From the NCBI GenBank assembly GCA_964194535.1, contig CAXMMX010000069.1:1-49598 (forward strand): a stretch of DNA of 49,598 nt, in the 5' to 3' direction. The translations under genes and the position numbers were made by a program. The notes under the pieces were generated by a model. That model worked only from the letters and a program-made list of their open reading frames with translations. It was not told the origin of the DNA and made no database searches. Positions 18,035-26,814 of this stretch are shown here, in pieces. Position 1 is the first letter of the stretch. Each line of letters begins with the position of its first letter. This DNA comes from an uncultured Alphaproteobacteria bacterium. GTDB lineage: Bacteria; Pseudomonadota; Alphaproteobacteria; Rhizobiales; Methyloligellaceae.

Positions 18035-18613
18035 TTAATCGGAGGGCTTGGCGTGCTTTTGCAGCAGTCCGGCCTGCATGGCCGCGAAAATGAAGGTGAG
18101 CGGCACAAGTCCGAATACCTTGAAACTCACCCAGTTGTCGGTGCTCACTGAACGCCACACGGCTTCGTTCAGGAAGGCCAGAAAGATGAAAAATCCGGCC
18201 CAGCGATATGTGAGCAGCCGCCACCCGGTGTCGCTCAATTCAAACATCTCGCTCAGCACGCTTTGCAGAAAAACCCGTCCCGTTGCCAGCCCCCCGAGCA
18301 GAATGCTGGCGAACAGTGCGTAGATCGCCGTCGGCTTGATCTTGATGAAGGTTTCATCCTGAAGATAGAGCGTCATGCCGCCAAAAACCATCACCAGCAC
18401 GGCCGTAACCAGTAGCATTTTGGCAAATTTTCCGGTCAAAATCCGTGATGCGATGAGGGCTATGACGATGGCCACCATAAAACAGGCGGTGGCGGCGAAT
18501 ATCCCGTAGAACGCATTGACGCCGAAGAACAGGATGAGGGGCCCCAGATCCAGCGCAAGGCGCAGTAACGGGTTCTCAGCGCCGCGGTCTTCGTCTTTTG
18601 CAGATTTACTCAC
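18035..18613 (-). CDS. yciB: intracellular septation protein A (YciB/IspZ)
   Basis: 192-aa five-helix inner-membrane protein with YciB-like sequence (LDLGPLILFFGVNAFYGIF...). GTG start overlaps the ftsY stop (GTGA). Confidence 0.9.
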   Translation of the reverse strand: MSKSAKDEDRGAENPLLRLALDLGPLILFFGVNAFYGIFAATACFMVAIVIALIASRILTGKFAKMLLVTAVLVMVFGGMTLYLQDETFIKIKPTAIYALFASILLGGLATGRVFLQSVLSEMFELSDTGWRLLTYRWAGFFIFLAFLNEAVWRSVSTDNWVSFKVFGLVPLTFIFAAMQAGLLQKHAKPSD

Positions 18614-19896
18614 GCTTCGACCTGTTCGCTCGCGCCGGCAATAGCCGAGGCAAAATCATAAGCATCGAAGGGCTGGAGATCCTCGACCGTTTCCCCCACG
18701 CCGATGGCATGGATGGGCAGGGCGAATTTCTCGGCAATGGCGACGAGAATACCGCCGCGGGCCGTACCATCGAGCTTGGTCATGATGATGCCTGTCACAC
18801 CTGCGATTTCCTGGAACGCCTGCGCCTGGCTGACGGCGTTCTGACCAGTGGTGGCGTCAAGCACCAGCAGAACCGAATGCGGCGCGCTCTCATCAAGCTT
18901 CTTGACCACGCGGACAATCTTGGCGAGTTCCTCCATCAGGTCCGCCTTGTTCTGCAGCCGGCCCGCGGTATCAATCAGCAGCACATCGGCGTCGCGCTCA
19001 CTCGCCTGTTCTAGCGCGTCATAGGCCAGCCCGGCAGCATCTGCACCTTCCTTGCCTGACACCACCGGTGCGCCCGTGCGGTCGCCCCAAATCTGGAGTT
19101 GATCGATCGCCGCCGCGCGGAATGTATCTCCAGCGGCAATCACCACGCTCTTTCCCGCTTGCGCGAACTGGTGGGAGAGCTTTCCGATGGTCGTGGTCTT
19201 GCCGGTGCCATTGACGCCGACAACCAGGATGACATGGGGACGATTGGCGCTGTCCAGTTCCAGCGGCTGGGCCATTGGCTCCAGCACCTTGGCCACTTCG
19301 GCGCCGAGCACCGCGCGCACTTCCTCGGGCGCAATCTCGGTGTCATAGCGCCCGCGCGCCACTTCCTCGGTGATACGCATGGCCATGTCGACGCCAAGGT
19401 CGGCCTGGATGAGCGCGTCCTCCAACTCCTGCAACATCTCTGTGTCGAGTTTCCGCTTGGTGAATATCGCGGTGATATTTTCGGTGAGCTTGCTGGAGGT
19501 TTTGCTCAGGCCGCCGCGCAGCCTAGAGAACCAGCCCTTCTTCTTTACCGGCTCCGGTTCGGCCTCCGGTTCGGGCTCGATTGCCTCGACAATTTCCTGA
19601 GGTGGAGCCGCCTTTTCAGGGGCCGGTTTCTTTGGAGCGCGCGCCTTTGCGGGCTTTTTGGCGGCAGGTTTTTTGCCAGCAGGTTCTTTAGCGGCAGGCT
19701 TCTTTTCAGCTGCTATTTTAACCGGCGCCTTTTTCGTTTTGGCGGCGGGCTTTTTAGCGGCCGGTTTTTTTGCCGGGTCCTTGGGTTTGGCCTTCGGCTT
19801 TTCTTCCCTTTCCTCTTTCTCCGGCTCCTTCTTCCTGGAGCCCATGAGGGAGCCAAGTAGTCGCTTGAAGAAACCGGGCTTCTTGTCCTTGCTCAT
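18610..19896 (-). CDS. ftsY: signal recognition particle receptor FtsY
   Basis: NG domain with GVNGTGKTTTIGKL, DTAGR and TKLDG. The N-terminal region is Lys/Pro/Ala-rich and repetitive. Start at ATG 19896 (MSKDKKPGFFKRL), overlapping the mtaB stop. Confidence 0.9.
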   Translation of the reverse strand: MSKDKKPGFFKRLLGSLMGSRKKEPEKEEREEKPKAKPKDPAKKPAAKKPAAKTKKAPVKIAAEKKPAAKEPAGKKPAAKKPAKARAPKKPAPEKAAPPQEIVEAIEPEPEAEPEPVKKKGWFSRLRGGLSKTSSKLTENITAIFTKRKLDTEMLQELEDALIQADLGVDMAMRITEEVARGRYDTEIAPEEVRAVLGAEVAKVLEPMAQPLELDSANRPHVILVVGVNGTGKTTTIGKLSHQFAQAGKSVVIAAGDTFRAAAIDQLQIWGDRTGAPVVSGKEGADAAGLAYDALEQASERDADVLLIDTAGRLQNKADLMEELAKIVRVVKKLDESAPHSVLLVLDATTGQNAVSQAQAFQEIAGVTGIIMTKLDGTARGGILVAIAEKFALPIHAIGVGETVEDLQPFDAYDFASAIAGASEQVEA

Positions 19897-21161
19897 TGCA
19901 GCGGGGTTCCTTCGAGCACACCCTCTAGCACACCCTGGCCGTGGCCTGTCATGCGCGCAGAAACAATTTCGCCCGAACGCGCCGCCGTGCACAGCGACAC
20001 CGGTGTAAAGTGCGGCGTACGCCCGCGCGTTTCGGTTTCCATCAGGATGTCGTGCGCGAGGCCGACCTGGCTGGCCAAATGCCGCTCAAGCGCCTTTGCC
20101 CCTTCGTCGCGCAAACGCGCCGCACGGGCCTTGATCGTCCTGCCATCCACCTGCGGCATGCGCGCCGCCGGCGTGCCCTCCCGCACCGAATAGGGAAAGA
20201 CATGCAGATATGTGAGCCCGCACGCCTCGACGATGGAGAGCGTCTGGTCAAACATCTCATCGGTCTCGGTCGGAAACCCGGCAATCAAATCCGCGCCGAA
20301 CACGATATCGGGACGCAGCGCGCGCAACTTCTCGCAAAATTCAATCGTATCGGTCCGGCTGTGACGGCGCTTCATGCGCTTTAAAGTCAGATCATCGCCC
20401 GCTTGCAGTGAAAGATGCAGATGCGGCATCAACCGCTCATGCGTCGCGATCGCCTCAAGCAATTCGGGGTCCGCTTCGATCGAATCGATCGAGGACAGAC
20501 GCAGCCGCTCAAGCTCCGGCACCAGCTTCAGAACCTTGTTCGTCAGGCCCCCGAGGGTAAGCCCGCCCGGCAAATCCGCGCCGTAGGCGGTGATGTCGAC
20601 GCCGGTGAGCACAATTTCGCGCGTGCCGGCCTCGACAAGAGTACGAATCTGCGCGACCACCTCGCCGGCGGGAACAGAACGCGAGCGGCCTCGGGCAAAG
20701 GGGATGATGCAGAAGGTGCAGCGATGGTCACAGCCATTCTGGATTTGCACATAGGCCCTGGTGCGCGCGCCAAAGCCTTCAATCATGTGGCCAGCGGTCT
20801 CGCGCACGGACTGGATATCATCAACGAGGATTTGCTCGCTATTACTCGTCGCAAGAGTGGCGAAAGTTTTGGCCTTCATCTTTTCGCCATTGCCGATCAC
20901 ATGATCGACCTCCGGCATCTCGGCGAACATTTGCGGCTGGAGCTGCGCGGCGCAGCCCGTCACGATGATCGTGGCGTCGGGATTGTTGCGTCTTGACTTG
21001 CGGATCGCCTGGCGCGCCTGGCGCACGGCCTCTCCCGTCACCGCGCAGGTGTTGACGATAACGGCATCGCCAAGCCCGGCCTTTTGCGCATGCGCGCGCA
21101 TGACTACAGACTCAAACGCGTTCAGCCGGCAGCCGAATGTGAGGATTTCGGGTGCGCTCAT
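19893..21161 (-). CDS. mtaB: tRNA methylthiotransferase, MiaB-like (MtaB)
   Basis: N-terminal UPF0004 cysteines (FGCRLN, NTCAVT, TGCAAQ) and the radical-SAM motif CDHRCTFC. Confidence 0.85.
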   Translation of the reverse strand: MSAPEILTFGCRLNAFESVVMRAHAQKAGLGDAVIVNTCAVTGEAVRQARQAIRKSRRNNPDATIIVTGCAAQLQPQMFAEMPEVDHVIGNGEKMKAKTFATLATSNSEQILVDDIQSVRETAGHMIEGFGARTRAYVQIQNGCDHRCTFCIIPFARGRSRSVPAGEVVAQIRTLVEAGTREIVLTGVDITAYGADLPGGLTLGGLTNKVLKLVPELERLRLSSIDSIEADPELLEAIATHERLMPHLHLSLQAGDDLTLKRMKRRHSRTDTIEFCEKLRALRPDIVFGADLIAGFPTETDEMFDQTLSIVEACGLTYLHVFPYSVREGTPAARMPQVDGRTIKARAARLRDEGAKALERHLASQVGLAHDILMETETRGRTPHFTPVSLCTAARSGEIVSARMTGHGQGVLEGVLEGTPLQ

Positions 21162-22036
21162 GAGACCGGTTCCGCGTTGAGAAGCGAGGCATCGAGCGTG
21201 TCTTCATATTCCAGCTCGCTCGGTCCGGTCATGAGGATATGATCGTCCGCTTCGCGCCACTCCAGCTGCAGCGGCCCGCCGGGCAATGTTACCGTGACCT
21301 TCCGGCCCGTCAGCTTCTTGCGAACCGCGGCGACCACAACCGCACACGCGGCCGTACCGCAAGCCCGCGTCAACCCCACTCCGCGCTCCCACACGCGTAG
21401 CGTAATGGCGCCGGGGGAGGCGACCTGCGCGAGCGATATATTGGCGCGTTCGGGAAACAGTGGATGATGCTCAAGCACCGGCCCGATGCGGACAAGATCA
21501 TGGGCGTCCAGATCATCCACCCAGAAGATGCAATGCGGATTTCCGACATTGACCACGCTGGGCGTGTGCAACACCGGGTCATCGATGGGGCCGACCTGCA
21601 ATTCAATACTCCGCGTATCGTGAAACTCTTCCGCAAGCGGAATCTCGTCCCAGTTGAGCTTGGGCACGCCCATATCAACAGTAACTCTCCCGTCGCCATT
21701 GACGACAGCGCTCAGCATGCCGGCGCCGGTCTGGATTGAAATCTGCGGGCGGCCCAGTTCCCCTGCCAATACACTGGCCACGCAGCGCATGGCATTGCCG
21801 CAGGCCTCCACTTCACCGCCATCATGATTCCAGATGCGCATGAACGCATCCGCGCCCGCCGGCGAAGGCTCGATCGCGATAACCTGATCGCAGCCCACAC
21901 CGCTTTCGCGATTCGCAATGGCGCGCGCCTGCCCGACGCTCAGCGTGAGGGCGCGCGGGCGCGCATCGAGCACGGCAAAATCATTGCCGAGTCCGTTCAT
22001 CTTGCGCAAGTGTATGGCTGTTTCATTGCTCATCAT
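21158..22036 (-). CDS. dapF: diaminopimelate epimerase
   Basis: Motifs NGLGNDF, ACGNAMRC and ACGTAACA (the two catalytic cysteines). Start at the ATGATG at 22031-22036. Confidence 0.9.
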   Translation of the reverse strand: MMSNETAIHLRKMNGLGNDFAVLDARPRALTLSVGQARAIANRESGVGCDQVIAIEPSPAGADAFMRIWNHDGGEVEACGNAMRCVASVLAGELGRPQISIQTGAGMLSAVVNGDGRVTVDMGVPKLNWDEIPLAEEFHDTRSIELQVGPIDDPVLHTPSVVNVGNPHCIFWVDDLDAHDLVRIGPVLEHHPLFPERANISLAQVASPGAITLRVWERGVGLTRACGTAACAVVVAAVRKKLTGRKVTVTLPGGPLQLEWREADDHILMTGPSELEYEDTLDASLLNAEPVS

Positions 22037-22101
22037 TTGCCTTATATGGGGATTGCTGCGCTGCCGCAATTGCGCTGCGCAACTCTCGCTGTCCACTGGC
22101 C

Positions 22102-22743
22102 CTACAACTTGGGTATGAAAAAATCACCGGTTTCGGGATCCGTGATCCACAAATCTCCCCCCGAAATATCAAACCATGCTCCGTGGAGAGAGAGTTTCCG
22201 TTCGTTCTCACGTAAAGCAATAAAAGGAAAAGAGCGAAGGTTTTCGAGGGAGTAGCGAATGGAAATATGTTCCAGAGTCCTCTGCCTCTCGGTCCCTGTC
22301 ATCCATTGATTGGAGGCCATCGCCTCGGCTGCTGGCGCGAGCAATTCCATCCACTTGCCGATGAAATCGCCGGGCGAGAGCGGCTCGACATCAGGATCCA
22401 GTGCCGCTTTTATGCCGCCGCAACGGCCATGACCGAGCACGACAATATGCTTCACCTTGAGGCTTTGAACCGCGAATTCGATAGCCGCGGAGGTGGAGTG
22501 GTAATCATCGCCAGGACGATAGGGCGGCACAAGATTGGCCACATTGCGAATGACAAAAATCTCGCCAGGAACCGAATTGAATATTATTGATGGCGCCGCC
22601 CGGGAATCGCAGCAGGCAATGATGAGCGTTTCAGGCGACTGACCATCCTGAGCGAGCTGCCGGTAGCGCTCGCGTTCATCGGCGAATATCCCCTTTTTGT
22701 ACTCAAGGTATCCCTTGAGAAGGGCGGGCGGAAACGTGTTCAT
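22102..22743 (-). CDS. beta-class carbonic anhydrase
   Basis: Zinc-ligand motifs CCDSR and HGRCGG. Start at ATG 22743. Confidence 0.85.
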   Translation of the reverse strand: MNTFPPALLKGYLEYKKGIFADERERYRQLAQDGQSPETLIIACCDSRAAPSIIFNSVPGEIFVIRNVANLVPPYRPGDDYHSTSAAIEFAVQSLKVKHIVVLGHGRCGGIKAALDPDVEPLSPGDFIGKWMELLAPAAEAMASNQWMTGTERQRTLEHISIRYSLENLRSFPFIALRENERKLSLHGAWFDISGGDLWITDPETGDFFIPKL

Positions 22744-22926
22744 GATCCTGGCAAAGATTGCTGTGTCATGGTCCGGCAAGGCTAACAACAGTTCTGCCGC
22801 TTGCCCAGCGGCTTCCCTCTTGGCTGTATCGCTGGCTTGGCGCCATTGTCCTTGTACTCATTCCAGCGTTCTGCTATTTGAATGCAAATAATTCCTATTT
22901 GCAACTAAGTGAGTATTTGCGAACCC

Positions 22927-24021
22927 ATGCTGGATTGGCTGCAAGGTAAATTATCCCGCAGACAGAGCCTGAAATCGGCCGGGCAACTGGGCGTGTTCGG
23001 CGCCATAAGCGCCGCCGCGGGCATCGTGTCGCCTGCACGTGCCGCCACCGGAAAAGGCGCAAAAAAGCACCGCCGTCAGCACGCTGGCGACAACCGGACC
23101 GTCGGCAGGGTTGATCACAAGCGCAACGGGTTTGACCCGCACGCCATCCTGACCGACTGGGAGCGCGGCACACTCTCAACCGACGATCAGGGGAGGCGCG
23201 TGCGGACATTCGATATTGTCGCCATCGACAAGGAAATCGAAATTGCATCGGGGCTCTTCTTTCCCGCCTGGACCTACAATGGCCGCGTCCCCGGACCCAC
23301 TTTGCGCGCAACCGAGGGCGAAACCATCAAGGTGAACTTCCGCAATGCCGGCAGTCACCCCCACTCCATCCATTTCCACGGCATTCATGGGGCCAGCATG
23401 GACGGCATCACGGGCGCGGGGTTGGTCAATCCAGGAGAAGAGTTTACCTATGAAGTGTCAGCCAGGCCGTTCGGCTGCCACCTCTATCACTGCCATGCGA
23501 TCCCCCTGAAGCGTCATATCCACAAGGGCCTCTATGGCGCCATCATCATCGACCCCGACCCCGAGCTTCATCCCGAACACCGTGAGGTTGCGCTGTCACG
23601 CCAGCTTGGCAGCGAAGAAAATGCGCGCTGGCAGGAAATGGTCATGGTGATGAACGGCTTCGACACTAATTTCGATGACGAAAACGAAGTCTATGCGGCA
23701 AACTCGATTGCCTTTGCCTACATGCTCGACCCGATTGTGATCGAACGGGACCGCCCGGTGCGCATCTATCTCGTCAACATCACCGAATTCGATCCGGTCA
23801 ATTCATTCCATCTGCACGCGAATTTCTTCGACTATTTCGATCACGGCACGACGCTCACTCCGACACTGCGCACTATCGACACGGTGATGCTGTGCCAGGC
23901 GCAACGCGGCATCCTCGAATTTTCCTTCGAAGGTTTTGAGCCGGGGCGCTACATGTTCCACGCGCACCAGTCCGAGTTTGCCGAGCTTGGCTGGATGAGC
24001 TTCCTGAAGGTGGAATCATGA
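22927..24021 (+). CDS. Tat-exported two-domain multicopper oxidase (cupredoxin fold)
   Basis: Twin-arginine signal SRRQSLKSAG...ARA. Copper motifs HFHG, YHCHAIPLKRHIHKGLYG, FHLHANFF and FHAHQSEF. The T1-type HCH...H site lies in the N-terminal domain. Confidence 0.8.
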   Translation: MLDWLQGKLSRRQSLKSAGQLGVFGAISAAAGIVSPARAATGKGAKKHRRQHAGDNRTVGRVDHKRNGFDPHAILTDWERGTLSTDDQGRRVRTFDIVAIDKEIEIASGLFFPAWTYNGRVPGPTLRATEGETIKVNFRNAGSHPHSIHFHGIHGASMDGITGAGLVNPGEEFTYEVSARPFGCHLYHCHAIPLKRHIHKGLYGAIIIDPDPELHPEHREVALSRQLGSEENARWQEMVMVMNGFDTNFDDENEVYAANSIAFAYMLDPIVIERDRPVRIYLVNITEFDPVNSFHLHANFFDYFDHGTTLTPTLRTIDTVMLCQAQRGILEFSFEGFEPGRYMFHAHQSEFAELGWMSFLKVES

Positions 24022-25160
24022 GCCGCGCACACGCCTATTTCGCGTTGCCGCTGGCCGCCCTTGTGGCCCTTGTCGCCCTGCTGGTTTGGCTCAAACCCTT
24101 CGAGATACTCGCACCCGGCGCTCCGCCGGTTGAATTTCTCGCCTTTGAGAGCGTGCGACTGGAGCCGGGTATCATCCGTGCAACAGTACGCGCCGACGGC
24201 TCGGAACCTGTCACCATTGCGCAAGTGCATGTGGACGGCGCTTACCGCATCTTCAGGCAGACGCCGCCGGGGCCATTGGGGCGGCTCTCGTCGGCCGAGC
24301 TTGTTATCCCCTACCCCTGGATCGATGGCGAGACGCATGTCATCAAAGCCCTCACATCAACCGGCGCCACCTTCGAGCACAGCATCGACGTAGCGCAGAC
24401 GACGCCTGATGTGTTTGGCCCCCCGGCAAAATTGCTTCTTCTGGTCGGCCTGTTGCTTGGTCTGGCGCCTGTCGCCATTGGCCTGATGAGTTTCCCCGCC
24501 CTGCGCCAGCTCGGACGCGAAGGCACCGGCTTCATTCTGGCGGTAACGGTTGGCCTTCTCGTCTATCTGCTGATCGATACGCTCGGTGAAGGATTGGAGG
24601 CGGCGGAAGCTGTGCTCGAGCGATTCCATGCCTCTACCCTCGTGTGGGTCGTGGCGATCGTAACGGGCGCAGGGCTGATTGCCGTGGGACGCAGAGGCTC
24701 CAGGCCGCCCGAGGGCATCACCCTCGCCACCTTCATCGCGCTTGGCATCGGGCTGCATAATCTTGGCGAAGGGCTGGTGGTGGGCGCGGCCTTCGCGACA
24801 GGTGAAACCGCACTCGCCGCGTTCCTCGTCATCGGCTTCATCATCCACAATGTAACCGAGGGATTTGGCATCGCCGCACCTCTCACCAGGGAACAGCCCT
24901 CACTCATGACCTTCTTTGGCCTCGCCCTGCTTGCCGGTTTGCCGGCGCTGCTCGGCGTTTTCCTCGGGGCGCAAGCGGTCAATCCGCTGTGGACGGCAAT
25001 TTGTTTCGGTATCGGCGCCGGCGCCATCGGACAGGTTGTGTTCGAGATTTCCGCCCTGGTTGTCCGGCAATACGGTGCGGCAAAAATCGCCCAGGCGCCT
25101 GTTCTTGGCGGTGTCATTACAGGGCTTACAGTGATGTATGTCACCGCGCTTCTAGTCTAG
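24018..25160 (+). CDS. ZIP-family metal permease with N-terminal anchor and periplasmic domain
   Basis: ATGA overlap with the oxidase gene. About 110 aa are extracytoplasmic after the first helix, followed by eight helices with ZIP motifs GLHNLGEG and IHNVTEG. Confidence 0.8.
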   Translation: MSRAHAYFALPLAALVALVALLVWLKPFEILAPGAPPVEFLAFESVRLEPGIIRATVRADGSEPVTIAQVHVDGAYRIFRQTPPGPLGRLSSAELVIPYPWIDGETHVIKALTSTGATFEHSIDVAQTTPDVFGPPAKLLLLVGLLLGLAPVAIGLMSFPALRQLGREGTGFILAVTVGLLVYLLIDTLGEGLEAAEAVLERFHASTLVWVVAIVTGAGLIAVGRRGSRPPEGITLATFIALGIGLHNLGEGLVVGAAFATGETALAAFLVIGFIIHNVTEGFGIAAPLTREQPSLMTFFGLALLAGLPALLGVFLGAQAVNPLWTAICFGIGAGAIGQVVFEISALVVRQYGAAKIAQAPVLGGVITGLTVMYVTALLV

Positions 25161-25182
25161 AGCTGCTAGTATATTCAACGGT

Positions 25183-25758
25183 ATGAGCGAAGATTCGGCA
25201 CACAAGCACGGCCTCCATGAACCATCCCGGTGGGTTCAAAGATACCTCGCGGGGATTAAACAAGCGGGCAGCATTCTCGACGTGGCCTGCGGCGCGGGGC
25301 GGCATATGCGCCTCGCACTGGAGCAAGGCTATAGTGTCACCGGTATCGACCGCGACCTCTCCCAGGTTGAAGATTTGGCGTCGCGCGCTGATGTCGGTCT
25401 CATAGAAGCCGACCTCGAGGCCGGCCGCGCTTTCCCCCTGAAAGACATGCGCTATGACGGCGTTATCGTCACCAACTATCTGTGGCGGCCTGCCTTAAGC
25501 GAAATCATTGGCTGCGTGAGCGATGACGGCGTGTTGATTTACGAGACATACGCGGCAGGCCATGAGCGCCATGGCAAGCCCCGCAACCCGGACTTTCTTC
25601 TGGGCGCCAATGAGCTGATTGACGTGGCCCTGCCGCGCCTCACGATCGTGGCCTATGAGCATGGCATGCACGGCGCGGAGCATCCCAAAATTGTTCAGCG
25701 TATTGCCGCGTGCGGGCCGCAGCACCCATGGGCGAATGACAGCCATGTGGCGCTTTGA
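25183..25758 (+). CDS. class I SAM-dependent methyltransferase
   Basis: Motif I ILDVACGAGRH, with acidic residue GIDRD downstream. Confidence 0.75.
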   Translation: MSEDSAHKHGLHEPSRWVQRYLAGIKQAGSILDVACGAGRHMRLALEQGYSVTGIDRDLSQVEDLASRADVGLIEADLEAGRAFPLKDMRYDGVIVTNYLWRPALSEIIGCVSDDGVLIYETYAAGHERHGKPRNPDFLLGANELIDVALPRLTIVAYEHGMHGAEHPKIVQRIAACGPQHPWANDSHVAL

Positions 25759-25849
25759 CTTATAAAACAGCAGTGAACGCGCCTTGAATCTGGCGCAATG
25801 ACCGCCAAAATAGATGTTTGAGCGAAGTTTATTGGAGAGGATTTGGCGC

Positions 25850-26161
25850 ATGGCCATTGGCAGAACCGCATTGATCCTGGCGCTCGGCGTTGCGCCCATG
25901 CTTGTTGCCTCTTCGCTTGCCACCGCCGGCCCCTATGCGGGGTATGTCACCGCCGAAAGCCGGTATGGCAATGGCGTTGTCAGGGGGCTGGTGCGCGTTA
26001 CCCAGTTCGGACGTCAGGTAAAACTCCCCGGCGGGCCATGGCTCTATTGCGAGAACAACAGTCTGCTGTTCGACAGAAACCGCCCATGCAGTGAAACATT
26101 GCGGCGCGAAACCATCGACTTCTGGGAAACGCAATCGGAAGAAGGCAGCGGCCGCGACTGA
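25850..26161 (+). CDS. small secreted hypothetical protein
   Basis: Signal peptide MAIGRTALILALGVAPMLVASSLATA followed by an approximately 75-aa mature part with two cysteines. No family recognised. Confidence 0.5.
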   Translation: MAIGRTALILALGVAPMLVASSLATAGPYAGYVTAESRYGNGVVRGLVRVTQFGRQVKLPGGPWLYCENNSLLFDRNRPCSETLRRETIDFWETQSEEGSGRD

Positions 26162-26192
26162 CATTAAGGCGCGAATTTGCTAGAGTTACCTC

Positions 26193-26369
26193 ATGTGCGC
26201 TGACCCGAAAATGCAAAGGCTCCTGATGGCCGAACTGCGTGATGAACTGGCCGCGCGCACGGCTGCCCGCAAGTCGGGCATGGAACCAAAACGCTGGCAT
26301 GTGGCTACGCTGGGCATTGCCGCCCCGGTAATTTGCCTTGTGATACTGGTGATCACGCTCGGCATATAA
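26193..26369 (+). CDS. possible 58-aa tail-anchored membrane peptide
   Basis: This ORF is below the track cutoff: MCADPKMQRLLMAELRDELAARTAARKSGMEPKRWHVATLGIAAPVICLVILVITLGI. GC-rich third positions and a C-terminal helix, but a weak RBS. Confidence 0.3.
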   Translation: MCADPKMQRLLMAELRDELAARTAARKSGMEPKRWHVATLGIAAPVICLVILVITLGI

Positions 26370-26465
26370 CCCTTACGCTTGACTTGGGCCGGGTCATCAA
26401 CAAATATCCGGCCAAATTCTGGTAAGGCTTGGATTTATCGAGCCGCCGCCCTGCACATGATCAAC

Positions 26466-26505
26466 TTTTTGTTCCGCGCTACCGGCTATCGCCTATTTGA
26501 GCGCG
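26466..26505 (+). repeat. hairpin-repeat element, copy A
   Basis: TTTTTGTT, then stem CGCGCT (26475-26480), loop ACCGGCTATCGCCTATTTG, and AGCGCG (26500-26505). Confidence 0.8.
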
Positions 26506-26568
26506 ACAAGAAAATTATCGGGAGGCAGGGGGGTTCCCATCCGTCAGCGAGTGTTCGCCCACGGGTGG

Positions 26569-26608
26569 TTTTTGTGTTGCGCTATCGGCTATCGCCTGTT
26601 TGAGCGCG
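26569..26608 (+). repeat. hairpin-repeat element, copy B
   Basis: TTTTTGTGT, then stem TGCGCT (26578-26583), loop ATCGGCTATCGCCTGTTTG, and AGCGCG (26603-26608). Confidence 0.8.
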
Positions 26609-26623
26609 GTTTGGGGAAGCGAA

Positions 26624-26809
26624 ATGGCTGAAGAGCTTAAAATAGAAGATTGCATCAACAATGCCTGCCCCTTGTCGGGCAAGCCCGTGAGCGCGGACTC
26701 GCTCATGTTTTACCGCGGCAAGACCATTGGATTTTGCAATCCGGGCTGCCGCGACAAGTTCTTGAAAGCTTCCGCATCGTTCGATGATCTGATCGACAAG
26801 GGCAAATAG
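26624..26809 (+). CDS. small Cys4 zinc-ribbon protein (TRASH/YHS-like spacing)
   Basis: 61 aa with C-x4-C-x22-C-x3-C (CINNAC...FCNPGC). ATG 26624 is preceded by GGGGAAG. It ends 5 nt before ffh. Confidence 0.6.
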   Translation: MAEELKIEDCINNACPLSGKPVSADSLMFYRGKTIGFCNPGCRDKFLKASASFDDLIDKGK

Positions 26810-26814
26810 GCGCC

